DNA from: Hormiphora californensis
Taxonomy: Eukaryota; Animalia; Ctenophora
Direction: 5' to 3'
Assembly: GCA_020137815.1 (NCBI GenBank)
Contig: CM035354.1
Span: 6,572,001 to 6,636,000, forward strand
DNA: 64,000 nucleotides
This document shows, in pieces, positions 1-12,059 of this stretch (position 1 is its first letter; every line of letters starts with the position of its first letter). Under the pieces are notes generated by a model, which saw only the letters and a program-made list of their open reading frames with translations, was not told where the DNA came from and ran no database searches. Position numbers and translations under genes: made by a program.

Positions 1-82
1 TGTGAAAAAAGTAAAAAGTTGTGAAAAAGCGAAAGTTGTGAAAGAAAGCGAAAGTTGTGAAAGAAAGCGAAAGTTGTGAAAG
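1..82. repeat. Short tandem repeat, ~19-bp unit (aaagttgtgaaagaaagcg), truncated by window edge
   Basis: About four imperfect copies visible at the window start. Confidence 0.8.
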
Positions 83-513
83 ACTTGATTGACGTCACCA
101 TAACATAAAGGTAATGCAATGTAATTGATCCATGGTATATTGGGGGGGGGGGGGTTGCAACACCGAATATTACGGATTACCGGTTACCCCAGGGCCTATC
201 TTGCTGGAACCATGCCTGCTGTTACTGTGATAACAAACACTAGTGATAGTAAGGTATTAGATCATCTAACAAGGCCATCTCGCAGTGGGAGGGGGTGAAA
301 TCACCACTACTTGCTAACAAGCAGAGGGTGCCAGAATAAAATGAGATCACTCCAAGTGACGTCATTCCGGGGAAAAGTGAGACTAAAAGATCTGGAATTT
401 AATTAAAATTCAACCGGAAAATATTCAGATAGCAATAAGCAAGTCCATGCATAATCCCAGCTAAGGGGACGGGTAGCGGGTCACCCCAAGGGCTACATGC
501 AAAGCACACTTAC

Positions 514-1048
514 TTCCTTCACCTAGAGATTCCCGTTCAAGATTGTTCTGGTAGCTAATATTGCTGATAAAACTTGACACGTCATCTTCATAGTCACTGC
601 ACTCAATCTCACGATTTCGACCTGAATAAGGAGATGATAAATGAATAGGTATACTGCACATGGTGTTGGTGTAGAGGCAACGAGAGAAAGCAGTCAAACT
701 GACAGAGCTGAGGCCTGAGATGATAAGATAAGATTTGAGAGCTCATTCATTTCACTGCCAAGTCGCATGTCTAACTGAAATGTAACAGATAAATCTGCAA
801 AATCTACAACTGATCATCTATCCTAGACGATCTACTACTAACCTTTCTTTCCCTTATTTTCTTTTCCTCCCTTCTTTTCTTTTACGACATACTCGTCGTC
901 AACTGAAACGATAATTAACGAGTGAAAAATGAGGCTTGTTTTGCAAAACGTACTTGAGTACTACCAGCTCGGTAAATCAATTTAATTAATTAATCAATTA
1001 AACAGTAAAACTTTAGTAATTCTCACCTTTTCCTCCTTTCTTCCCCAT
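514..1048 (-). CDS. Possible 5' exons of an unidentified gene (MGKKGGKVDDEYVVKEKKGGKENKGKKGRNREIECSDYEDDVSSFISNISY...)
   Basis: Exons 1048-1027, 902-843 and 621-514 have GT-AG borders and consistent phase 1. The continuation was not found. A basic N-terminus followed by an acidic SD-rich segment is only weakly IFRD-like. Confidence 0.35.
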
Positions 1049-2448
1049 GTCAATTTTATCTTGTTGTTTTCTGTGTATCTCTTGTTTCTTTAGACCAATT
1101 TAGGGCTGTTGGCATACCTATTCACAAAATACAGCGGTCAGAGACAGTGGGACACCCTGTATAAAATGATGTAGATGGCTGCTATTATAACAATACACTA
1201 AGACAAATGACGTTGTCAAGGTGTGGCTACTGCACCAGCTGGTGCACTGTCAGTTCTGGCCCTGGCACAGCAACTTCTATTCTCAGTATGTTATATGTAT
1301 GTGTACTAAAATAAGAGAGTAATAAACCTGGCTTATCAGTTATCACATAATCTATCTAATAATGGGAGTAATAAATCTGTAATATATGTCTAGCTCTGAG
1401 CTCATAACATAAAGAGATGTGGAGCAATTAAGTGTAACTTATTAATGCTAACTGCTCTTCATTTCGGCATCACTCTAGAAACAGAATAAATAACAAGGTT
1501 CCACTATTCAAGGATTGGTTAGTGAGACCTATCACTGTGTAACGTAACACAGTCCTGCGTCCAAACGAAACTGGTATTAGCAAACAGTTGTTTACCATGG
1601 TTTGAGAATAACAACTAGCACTCTACATAGTGTTTAACTATCTAAGAAGCTCTGACATCATCACAATGCAAGATATCAAATACATACTATGTTTGCGAGT
1701 GGTAGTCATGAGACTGGCACTGATACCAGCTGATCATCTAAATCAAACTCAAAATGAGACACTTTCTATCACTCCCAATATTCGGTGAATTTCATGAATA
1801 TGAAACCACCTATCATGCGTTCTTTTCTCCTTGGATTAGAGTTTTCAGTCAACACACCGTCAACGGTCAAATCTCAGTCAGTTGGTTGCTATCGGCTATG
1901 CCCTCAATAAGCGTACCTATCAGAAATCAGAATGCAGCATCTTTGTTTTCTTAATATTAAAGTTCTCAGGTTCAAATTTACATAGCCCACACACAGTCAC
2001 ACAATCACATAACTTTAATTATCATGATGATGAAATCAACTGTTTGACAACAAAATAAATTAGGAATTCGCAGTATTTGCGTCCATACCATTGGGTTGAA
2101 ACAAACTTTTTATGACTCAGCTCTTGAGAATCGATGATCCGGACCGGAACATCCGGTAGAGTTTCTTTCGTCAGCGGACAGAGGCCAGAGCCGCCTAGGC
2201 CCCAGGCCCCAGTCGAAGCTCGAAAGACTACACAGCTCGAAAGACTGCAGACCCCAAGTGCGCGCGTTTTCCACGGCTTTACGGGCCTGTAGCATAGGCC
2301 AACTTTTAACTTTTTTTGTCTCCCGTTTAAAAACGGGGCCCGTTTTGTGTGATTCGTCTCTGGGATTCTACGACTCCTTTCTCTCGTCCGAATTTTATGT
2401 TATGCTTGTTTCAACTCACTATTTTCGTTCTTATGTACAGATTTTTTG

Positions 2449-2638
2449 AAACTGTCACCCCCCTGAAATAACAAATTTGTCATATCTCCGGTTCCTGATA
2501 AGATAGAGACTTGAAATTTGGAGGTTCGGAAGAACTTAGCAAGATCTTTATAACCTCCAAATTTCAAGTCTCTATCTCATCAGGAACCGGACTTATGGTC
2601 ATTTAAAGAAATTTGAAAACTCAGGGGGGTGACAGTTT
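2449..2638. repeat. Nested inverted repeat (imperfect palindrome module) in a probable non-autonomous element
   Basis: aaactgtcacccccctga (2449-2466) pairs with tcaggggggtgacagttt (2621-2638). Inner arms tccggttcctgataagatagagacttgaaatttggagg / cctccaaatttcaagtctctatctcatcaggaaccgga span 2487-2591. Confidence 0.85.
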
Positions 2639-2829
2639 AAAAAAATCCGACTTTTTTTAAAAGTAAAAAAATTGTTGCACTTGATGAATAAAAAAAAGCG
2701 AAGTTGAAGTTTAAAATTAAATAGCGCTGCTAAAGGTCATCTTTAGATGTAACGCGCTATTAAATTTTAAATAAACGACGCATGACACTCGCGCGCACCA
2801 AAAAAGTTCTCGATCTCAAAAATATAATA

Positions 2830-3121
2830 GGGATCCCTAAAAAAGTTCAGTATTTACACAGAGTTTACACAGTCTTTACTCAGTCGTTACACCCAGAGCG
2901 GCGCGTGCTGCGCACAGTGGCCTTTTCCAAGAAAATATTGGATTGTGTGCTGCACAATTGACAAAATTGAGCGCTGCGGCGAAAAAAGTTTCCGAAAACG
3001 CTGCAAATCGAGTGCGAAAGACGCAGTCGTTACACCCAGAGCGGCGCGGGCGCTCTGGGAGTAACGACTGAGTAAAGACTGTGTAAACTCTGTGTAAATA
3101 CTGAACTTTTTTAGGGATCCC
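2830..3121. mobile_element. MITE, ~292 bp, long TIRs, TA target-site duplication
   Basis: TA|GGGATCCCTAAAAAAGTTCAGTATTTACACAGAG... pairs with ...CTCTGTGTAAATACTGAACTTTTTTAGGGATCCC|TA. Arms are ~70 bp and near-perfect. TA lies at 2828-2829 and 3122-3123. Confidence 0.85.
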
Positions 3122-3250
3122 TATACAACAAACCGAATTTTTTTGAATTTTCAAAACATTTTCTTTTCTGCAGAACTCAGCTTCGAAGTTTTAAACCTCG
3201 TGTATAATGAGTTAAGTTAAACTAATAGCCACTACCCTTTGTTTAGTGAC

Positions 3251-5655
3251 ATGAATCAGCCAGTAGAGTACGTAACACATAGCTTATTTCGCGAGTATTT
3301 GTACCGAAACAACTTCCGTTCAACATTGGAGGCCTTCGACAGAGAGATACCGAGGGACGCCAACTCCATTACCAATAGGTAACACTTGTTTCTTAGCAAT
3401 CGACTGAAAGTAATGCTTTCCCTTTCTCTTTAGATTGGAGCTAGCGAAAGCACTGCATTTGATAAAGTTGGTTAAAGCAAACAAACATCGAGAACAACCG
3501 TTTAAATCAATGGCAGAAATGATTGTTGCAGATCTGATGAACAAGGCGAGTGTACGGAACCCTGAGATATGTATTGAAGAGCATCCTCTTATGGGGGAAG
3601 TTCGGAAAGATGGACTTGTTATAAAGGGGACATTTTCGTTGTCTAAACCCGATCCCCGTATTGATAAGAGACGGACGCGGAAAGACGAGATTTTTTCTGT
3701 AGCCCCTGCTGCTCCTTCATCCTCAACCCCGCCAGAGGAGCCAATACCTGAAAAGCCAATCTCCCAAAGCTTTAAAGCCCTCGAACCTCAAACTAACAAC
3801 TTCTCCAAGGCCCGAGCTTTACGTAACGCTCACTTAGGAAAAATAGGAAAATCCAACAGTACACCAATGAAAGAGTACAGTTCACTTCAGATTGTAGGTA
3901 GCCAGAAAATTCGAGAATCGCTCAACTTGGTTCCCAACAGGCCACCCTCTCGGCAACGTAATGTGGAGTTTGAGTCTGTCATCGAGGGCATGGAAAGCGG
4001 ATCTTCCAGGCAGCCAGAACCCGTGGAACACTTTCCTCCCCCAAGGGTTAAACTTTGCTCCACTGAAAAGTTAGAAGATTTAGAATTCATTGACATCGAA
4101 GGAGAGCTGAACACAGGGAGGAGTAATTTGTCGTCCAAATCAACTCCAGATATTTTTAAACCATCCTCTCGGCCTCAGCCATCAATCCCGTCCTCAAATT
4201 TAGTTTCATCGCACATTCGGAAAGATATAACCCTTCACCAGGCCATAGCTGTTCGGGAGATGGTGTTTGGGAATGCCAAGGGTCCTGGGTTTAATCCAGA
4301 ATGGGAACAGCAGAGTTATGTTTATAACGATACTCCTGGCCTAGAGTTTGGATTAGTACAACATAAGGGTGGCCCATGTGGTGTTATAGCGGCCGTCCAA
4401 TCGTTAATCCTTCAACGGCTCCTCCAAAAACATTCTTGTAATCTGTCACCATCGAACGCGATCCGCCAGCAAGTCTTAGCGGAAGTGCTAGCATCTATTT
4501 TGTGGACTGCAGCCACCTATCAGGGTGGCTCAGGAGTTGCTAAGATCTGCACCGATTCAGGGAGAACACGCTTCCCTTCCTCCGTGTTGATCCGTGCCGA
4601 TGGTATCACGGAGAAGCTCCAGATAATCAGCTGTACAAGTCTGGCTGCCACGGAATCCTGTGTCCGGGAGTTCCTGCCCCAGTTCCAGGCTAGTTCGGGG
4701 AAGGGCTGCATTTTGTTCCTATACAGTGTGGTGTTGAGTCGAGGGGTAGATGTGATCAGATCGGATTTGGATGAGCCCGGATCTCATCTGATGGCTAACC
4801 ACGGGTACTGCAGTCAGGAACTTGTCAACCTCTTTCTCATGGGATATGCAGGTTAGTTTGACGCTTTTAGCTGAACAAATTATGTTGCCTATTATTTTGC
4901 GAAAAGGTACTGACAGTTTCGTACTCCATTCGTGGTAAAAGATGATTCTGCACGGAATAATATCAATACCAACAATCAACATGTATATCCCTCAGCCCAA
5001 AACGTTTTTAATAATGATATCGATTTGGATGGAAAGGTACTCAAGGGGACACGGGAGAAAAGAGATATTGGATTCCTGACGCTCTACGAGTATTACAAAG
5101 TCTTTGAGGTACGCTACATTATCCATACACACACACTACACAGTTTGAGCGACGTAATTAATTATGAGATATGAATTTATAATTCCCTCCCCTTTCCAGG
5201 TTGGTTCATTTTTGAAAAATCCCTCCGCTGGGATCTGGGTGATATGCAGTGAATCCCATTACTCCGTTCTGTTCAGTAACACCGGATCCAGCTGTAATCC
5301 AAACTCTACTACAGAGCTGTTCTACTATGACAGGTCGGTACATCATTTGTCTACCTTTTTAGGTTTTAAAATCATACATTTGTTGTAAAGGTATAAATTG
5401 CTGTACGTATTTACAATTACAGGGAATGGCATCTGGCAACCATTTTCATACCATATTTGGTATTACTAATACTGCTACGCCCACTTAACGACATCTAATT
5501 TCAGTTTGGGAAACCAGGACTCCCTCTATCACCTGACGGTGGAACCTAACTGTGGTGTAGTCAGTACAGACGATGGGCCACCTCTCGAGCTGTGTATTAG
5601 GACCTACTGGAAGGAAGCCAAGGTGGACTGGAACGGGGCCGATCCACTTCTCTGA
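3251..5655 (+). CDS. MINDY4: MINDY-family deubiquitinase MINDY4 (FAM188B)
   Basis: Exons 3251-3378, 3434-4851, 4996-5108, 5200-5333, 5505-5655. LisH-like N-terminus (SLFREYLYRNNFRSTLEAFDRE), catalytic Cys motif GLVQHKGGPCGV, HGYCSQELVNL, His motif WVICSESHYSVLF, and C-terminal PPLELCIRTYW...VDWNGADPLL. Confidence 0.9.
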
Positions 5656-5699
5656 TTTGTGTTGTGTCATTTGTGTGTGTGCTGATTGTTATTGAGAGA

Positions 5700-5764
5700 C
5701 AGTCGAGTCCGGTGAATCGGGGTTCCGGTTATTCGGGGGCCAGTAAATCAGGGTCCTCCTGTTA
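5700..5764. mobile_element. Degenerate fragment of a short ccggtaaatcgggg-type MITE family
   Basis: Repeated ccggt(g/a)aatcgggg-like units. Related degenerate copies at ~7660-7748 and ~59370-59530. Confidence 0.45.
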
Positions 5765-6132
5765 ACTAGAGAGCGGGTATCTCTGGGTTGTGGTTCTAGG
5801 TATGATGAGTTGAATGAATTGGTCGATTGAGGCACATAATCTGAATTCTGTTTGTGCAAGATCGGGTTGTATTGGCCAGGAAAGGGATCTATATTTTGTG
5901 TGTAAGATGATATTTCTCTTGTGTTTTATTCTGTCAGTGTGTAAATACCCTGTATGTTTCGGAGCTGTAAATACAATTGAAATCGTCAAAAACCAGTGGT
6001 CCCCTTTTGCCTACATTATTCCTCTCTCTGTCTCTCTCTTTTCCTCCTTCTCACTGTGTCACTGTCTCTATCTCTCTCTCTCTCACTCTCACTCCCCCCT
6101 CTCTTACTAACCACTCCGTACCCTCTGAAGCA

Positions 6133-7211
6133 ATGGATCTCACTATGGATGAAGATGAACAATATGAGCAGTTAACGGCGGCTCAAGTGCTGGGGCGTCT
6201 TGAGGAGAGTTGGGTGAATGAGCGAGTATCACCCTACCTGCAGGAGTCTCAACAGGAGGTAGTGGATTGCCTTCTGGAGCAGTGTCAATCTGTTGAGGAG
6301 AATTTCTCCCGGGCTTCCCCATTTGCTGTGGGGGTCCACCAACTAGAAATACAGGTACATAATTACAAACTTCACTTCTAATTTTACACCAAAGAACATT
6401 CATGACTGAGTTTCATCAAAATCGTGGCTGTTATGACTTTCCAAATTTCCAATAAAACTGACCCCTCTCCCTCGCTAGAGGATCAGATACATGGCAACTG
6501 ATTATCTCCGGACTCGATTGCATAAGATTGAGAAACACGCTGAGTACGCACTTGAGGAACAGAAGGATCATGATGGAGAGGATGCTGTTTTAAAACTCTC
6601 CCCGGCAGAATTTATATATGCCAGGGAATTCCACCGGTTAGTAGTTTCAATGTGAGATTATATATTATGTAGTTGTTTTGTGTAACTCAGGGACCAGGGT
6701 GGGTACTTTGTCGTTGCGTTGGTAAACCTGTGCTTGTATTATATTTGAGAGAAAAAGGGGGAGATTTAAAGATCTAGCTTTACAAATAAAAACGAAAGTC
6801 GACTACATTGCTAAAAGTCAATTTAGAATCTGTTATAAATGTGAATAATTCTATAGCTTTCCCGTTCTTCAGAAACTTCCAGAATCACCTGAAAGACACA
6901 GCTTTAAAGCACATGCCCAACCCTTTCAACGAGTTGAAGAAATCAGAAAGCGTCACCGCTCCTAATCTCAACAGTTTCGTGTTTTTCAAAGTGAAGGAGG
7001 ATATAAATGATGTAAGAACAAGTTTATCAAATATAATTGCTTAACTATTGCTCAATTATTTTATTAACTCGTTCTTCTTACAATTTTCCTTCCTAGGTTT
7101 TGGTTGATCCAAGAGAAATACCAAAGGACTTGTCTCAAGGGAGAGATCCACATTTCGAAGTTTTTACCAATCGCTACATTACTGGACCAGGGCAAAGTTA
7201 ATCTTGTTTGA
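6133..7211 (+). CDS. GINS4: DNA replication complex GINS subunit SLD5 (apparent 1-bp frameshift in last exon)
   Basis: Exons 6133-6354, 6479-6636, 6873-7011, 7097-7211. Motifs LTAAQVLGRLEESWVNERVSPYL, HQLEIQRIRYMATDYLRTRLHKIEK and PNLNSFVFFKV. The homologous C-terminus GEIHISKFLPIATLLDQGKVNLV* needs one base removed near 7139-7141. Confidence 0.88.
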
Positions 7212-7399
7212 TTTTGGGAGGAACATTTTTAACATTTTTATTCATTTTACTACAATTATTTGACATTCAGACTAAAACTCTCTGTTTCCTTCTTCAAAGT
7301 CTCTTGAAAGTAACTCAGATCGATCAATTATTCGACAAATAATAACCCCAGTTTCTACCTAATATAGCAGGGCTCTGTTTCAATGATTAGACATCCCTC

Positions 7400-9129
7400 A
7401 TGACAACTAGGAATGTCGATCGAGCAGCATCGAGTAAGTATATGTCCATATATGGAGGGTGCGATTTAACCTGTCAAAATACTGATAGACACTTGTATTA
7501 GAAGCCTACCCACTTTAACCGACTTCAGGTCTCCACCCCATTTCAGAAGAAAGAGCGGCGGAAACAGGAGGTGGTAGTGACGATGAATCAATTAGTAGAG
7601 TCAGTTAGCTGAGGTTCGGTTGTTGTTTTACTGTAGCAAACTTCAAATCCTAGCTACTATACAGTAAAAGCCTCGATTTCCTGGATTACTTGGGGTAAGG
7701 GTTTTTGCACGATTTACTCGAGGTCCGGTAAATTGATCTTAGCCTGTAATAACAAGTTGACTTTATTTCAGGATATTCCAGAGGATCTTCACGATTCGTT
7801 GGACGAAGAAGAAACAGTCCGGAGAGTTTCGCCATCCTCCTCCTCCACTAACCAGCTCCTCTTCATCATCCTCATCAGCACGCTCATCTGTATCCACAGC
7901 ATCATCCCGCCCATCTCCATCCCCTCCCCCAAGTGCCCAGCCATCCAGATTAGCCCAGACATTTAGGATGAGTGACCTTGAGAGTGAGCTGAATAAAACT
8001 CATACCGTGTACCGGAAACAAAACAGTAGGGATGTTGCAAGTCCTCCTAAGGTGACTAGTGAAAAGGTTGACTCATAAGAAGTCCACTCCGAGGATCAAC
8101 TCCTGGGCAGATCCAAAATCAGTGAAGGGAACAAAAGAGGATGAGGAAAAGATGAACCAGTGGATCTCACGGAAAGATGAGGAAGAGGAGGAGATCAATT
8201 AGAACTGAAAGAAGGAAAAAGCAAGAGGAAGAGAAAAAGAAAAATGAAAAGGAGGCAGAAAAAGCAGCTCTTTCTAAAAAGAATTTTGTGCAATGGGAAG
8301 ACAAAAAGAGAAGTCGAAGTTCGAGAGAAAACAGAAAAGGACAGAAGAAATGAGGGCTAGACGGGAGGAAAAGCGACGTGAAAAGGGTGAACGCCAAATA
8401 TGTAGCGAAAAGGTATTTGAAAGTTGGAAAACGAAAAAGAATGACCGGGAGCGAACAGAAACACAGAAAAGAAAGTCAGAGGAAAGAGAGGTACAAGAGG
8501 AGAAGAATCGGCTGAAAATGGAGAAAGCTCATGAATCTAAAGTTGGATATCAGAAGTGGATTGAAAGGCAGGAGGAGCTGGAGAAGAAGAAGAAAGATGC
8601 ACATCGAGCTGCTCAGGAGGCAGACGAAGAGCTGGAGTTGCTGAAGGAGTACCGAAAACGAGATGCTGAAGATGAATATAACTCGTGGAAAAAAGAAAAA
8701 GGCAAAACGGTGTCTGTTATCAGGAAAGCAGAACATCCGCTCGGTTGGGCTCCCCCTGGTAAATCAGATGGTAAAAACAGAAACAGCGAGTCGTTGACAT
8801 CACCCCTAGGAGGATCAGGAATGTCCAGGACTCTAGCAGGAATGAGGACAGGGGCACACTACCAACGAAAACTAAAAACTGTTGATGTTTGCTGTCGAAA
8901 GATCTCGTTCTGGTGTCACTGCGATGCATCACAAACGTCAAATAGTCAGGAGTTACACTGTAGTGATCCGAGCTTTAGTCACCCTGGAGGACACTCAACC
9001 CCAAACCACAGCCCCACAACACCCCGCAATGGTCACCACATGCTGGCAAACCCAGGTTATGAAATCCCGACATTCCAGTTTAGTAGGCACACGACTCCGA
9101 GCAACAGTCGTCCTCACACGCCGCTATAA
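7400..9129 (+). CDS. Coiled-coil protein with periodic Trp motifs (MAP9/CCDC34/CCDC181-like); several apparent frameshifts in 7840-8340
   Basis: Putative exons 7400-7433, ~7547-7599 and 7772-9129. E/K/R-rich helices with FVQW, FESWK, YQKW and YNSWK. Ser/Pro-rich N-part and C-terminal VDVCCRKISFWCHCD. The 5' model is uncertain. Confidence 0.6.
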
Positions 9130-9543
9130 CAGCAGTGACGAATCATGACATGCATGTAGTGAATGCGATGGATAGAAAGAGAGAGAGAGAGAGAGAGAAA
9201 GAGAAAGAGAAAGTTAGGAAGTGAGAAAGATAGGAGAGAGAGAGAGAGAGAGAGACTGAGATAGCGATTATCTATGAGAGAGAAGGGAACAGTATGTAGT
9301 AGATGTATTATCAATTTGACACGTAAAGAACATACTCCTTTATTAGGTTTTGTACAGCGTTTTTTGTTTTGTAAATAACCTCATAACTATTATAATTATG
9401 CATTTTTGTCAGTAACTTATTGCTTACCAAGATCGAGTCTTTAAATTGTTTACTCGACACACTTCAATTCAGTGGCCCAAACTGCAAACATGATAAAAAA
9501 AAGTTACTGGAATGTACCAGAGTCTAAGCATCTTTACGGGTCC

Positions 9544-11289
9544 CTATTCCGTACATCTAAATTGCAAGGCACGCTGCTCTTGATAAAACTCTTGAGAGCG
9601 ATGTTTTCGAGGAGGTTTCTGTGGTACGCAGGAGGATGAGGCAGATTCACTGTATCTACGATCTCGTGTGTCCATCATCGTGTCTTCTCTGATGGCGTAC
9701 ATACCACTGTCGTACTGTCTTTCAGGCGTGCCAGTTCGACCATACGTGTTTGCTAAAGTGAGATAATGTGAGTTTTAAAGTGTAAAAGAACCTAGAAGAT
9801 CAATATTCAATTTCTATGCGAAGCTTTGATAGTCACCTATTTCGGTAAGAAGTTCGGCCATTTCCTGAGTTCTTTTTACAAAGTATGGTATTATCTTAAA
9901 ATTATTCCGCTCCACAAAATGTTTCATAACTTCTGGCAGACTTCCAAATGTGTCCCCTCCGAACTGGTATATTCCCGCTTGATCGGCGTGAGTTCGGATA
10001 TGAAAATGCTTGAACTTCTTCTTGCCCTGCGGTCCGTACGCTAGAGAACATTTTTTAAATATATTAAAGATCGTTTAAAGTCTGACGTCAAACCAGTTGC
10101 GTTGCAGCTTAAAACTGGGTTTCTTTTTGAAATATGAGAATCAAGAGAATCAAGAGACCTGTACTCACCAGCAGTAAGGGCAAATTGTCCAGGATTAGTT
10201 TGACTGGTTCGGATCACGGAAAAGTTTTCCTCTCGCACATTTAGGAGATTCTCGGTCATGGAGTAGGAAATCCGGGGCCAAAACCATTCCGCTGGAATGT
10301 TAACCGTGTCCATAAGAATCGGAGATGTTGTTCTCGGCGTCGGGGAAGGTTTTTTGAACCCCTGAAAACCTAAGGCGTCCATGATTGAGCCATGAGTGTC
10401 ATCTGTAAGTGGCTTGTGTACGAATGTGTCACCGTTGCTATGGGCAACTCTGTTGCACAGAAATAAATCTCCCTGGGAATTATTATAAATCTGCTCCATA
10501 CGGTTCCTCTTGATCATGTCCTTTTCAACATCACCCTCCGCAAACAACTCGTTCCGTTCTGCCTCCGCAAACAACTTCTTGAATGTCATGGACTCGCTCA
10601 TGGTGGATAACCCCGAATCCTTACGGAATATGTCAGATTGCCTAAAAATATCTAGTTTAACCATCATTCAGATAACATATCCTGGATCCATTATTAATTC
10701 ATCTCAGAACGTGTTTCGCTCATGACCCATGCGATATATGTTTACTCACCGGACTAACTCAATGTACAATATTGGGTAGTTGTCAAGGGCCTCGACCAGA
10801 ACATTTCGACACTCTGTGTGCCCTGTTGCCACGTCTTCAGTAGTGAACCCCTGGCACTCGAGGTATCTGCACCCATCTCCTGTGACCTGTAACAGGTGTA
10901 GGTACAGCTGATGCCAAGAGCAACTTGCAAGTAACAAATGTATTTAATTATTATGACGTGGTAATTAAAACTTACGAATCCAGTTGAAAGAACCAAAAGG
11001 TCGTGTAGGTCGTTGATAAGAAACATCACTCCATCAGACTGATCTACTGATCTTGTCAGGGAGAATTCCTCTCCGTCAACCAAGACTGGTAATCCTGGGA
11101 GAGAGGGATAGAGTGATAGAGAATGATAGAGAGAGTGATACAGTGATACAGTGATAGAGAGAGTGATAGAGAAAGAGAGAGAGAGGAAGTACTTTCAATC
11201 CATGCGTTGATGAGATGAACCAGCTGCTCAATGTGGTCGATACATATAACAAGAGGTAAGTTTACCTTCATCTTGATCCTCTTCCCCAT
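9544..11289 (-). CDS. SH2-domain protein (possible degenerate PDZ-like N-terminal region)
   Basis: About 6 GT-AG exons. The spliced SH2 reads WFWPRISYSMTENLL...FSVIRTSQTNPGQFALTAAYG...FKHFHIRTH...YQFGGDTFGSLPEVMKHF. The last exon ends ...FRCTE* at 9544. Confidence 0.75.
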
Positions 11290-11624
11290 TACTTGACATA
11301 TTGTCCGGGTTACATATGTTTTGCTTTGATGCTAGGGATCTTTTATTGTGCTGGTTATTGTTTAGGAAAAAAAGCATGCATGTAACTAGCTGAACCTAGT
11401 GTGAACAGCGTAGCAATGTGTAGTGTATACGACAATAAAGTCTGAACGTAACTCATAAGATTTGCACAGCTTGGGCCCTCGAGTCTACGACTAGTTGAAA
11501 CATATAATTCAAAGCAGTGCACATAAGCAATATATGCAGTACAGTTAAAACTTAGAACGGTACTAACAAATACAACGTAAGGCAGACATCGACAGCAATC
11601 AGCTGAAGAATAACAATAACATGT

Positions 11625-11637
11625 CTCTCCCTCTCTT

Positions 11638-11729
<92 letters not shown>
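11625..11729. repeat. (CT)n microsatellite
   Basis: Dinucleotide tract between the divergent SH2 and Dok-like genes. Confidence 0.95.
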
Positions 11730-11731
<2 letters not shown>

Positions 11732-12059
11732 ATGATACATTGGGTGTCAAACACTTGTTAAGTAACGTTGTTAAGTACACTAGCAAACACTCAGTCATAT
11801 TTTAGGGAAATCGCTTGTTTTAAAGTTGTAGTTGTTAGCAACCACAATTAGATTTGTCATTTGGCACCTGCCACTATGCATCAGAAAGATACACCTACCT
11901 TCTTTCCCCGGATACAATATTTCACTTCCGTTTCCACTTTATCTACTCATGCCAGATGTTTTCCACTACCTATAAGCCTGATCAAGTTTCCTTGCAAGGT
12001 GTTCCGTATTGAACAACACTGTATACAACCTATTACATGAACCAGAACTGATTCTTTGA

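Noticed and set aside
2115-3182. ACTCAGCT at 2115-2122 and 3175-3182 as a possible 8-bp TSD
   Set aside because: No convincing TIRs inside the repeats; could be chance, so boundaries of the host element remain undefined.
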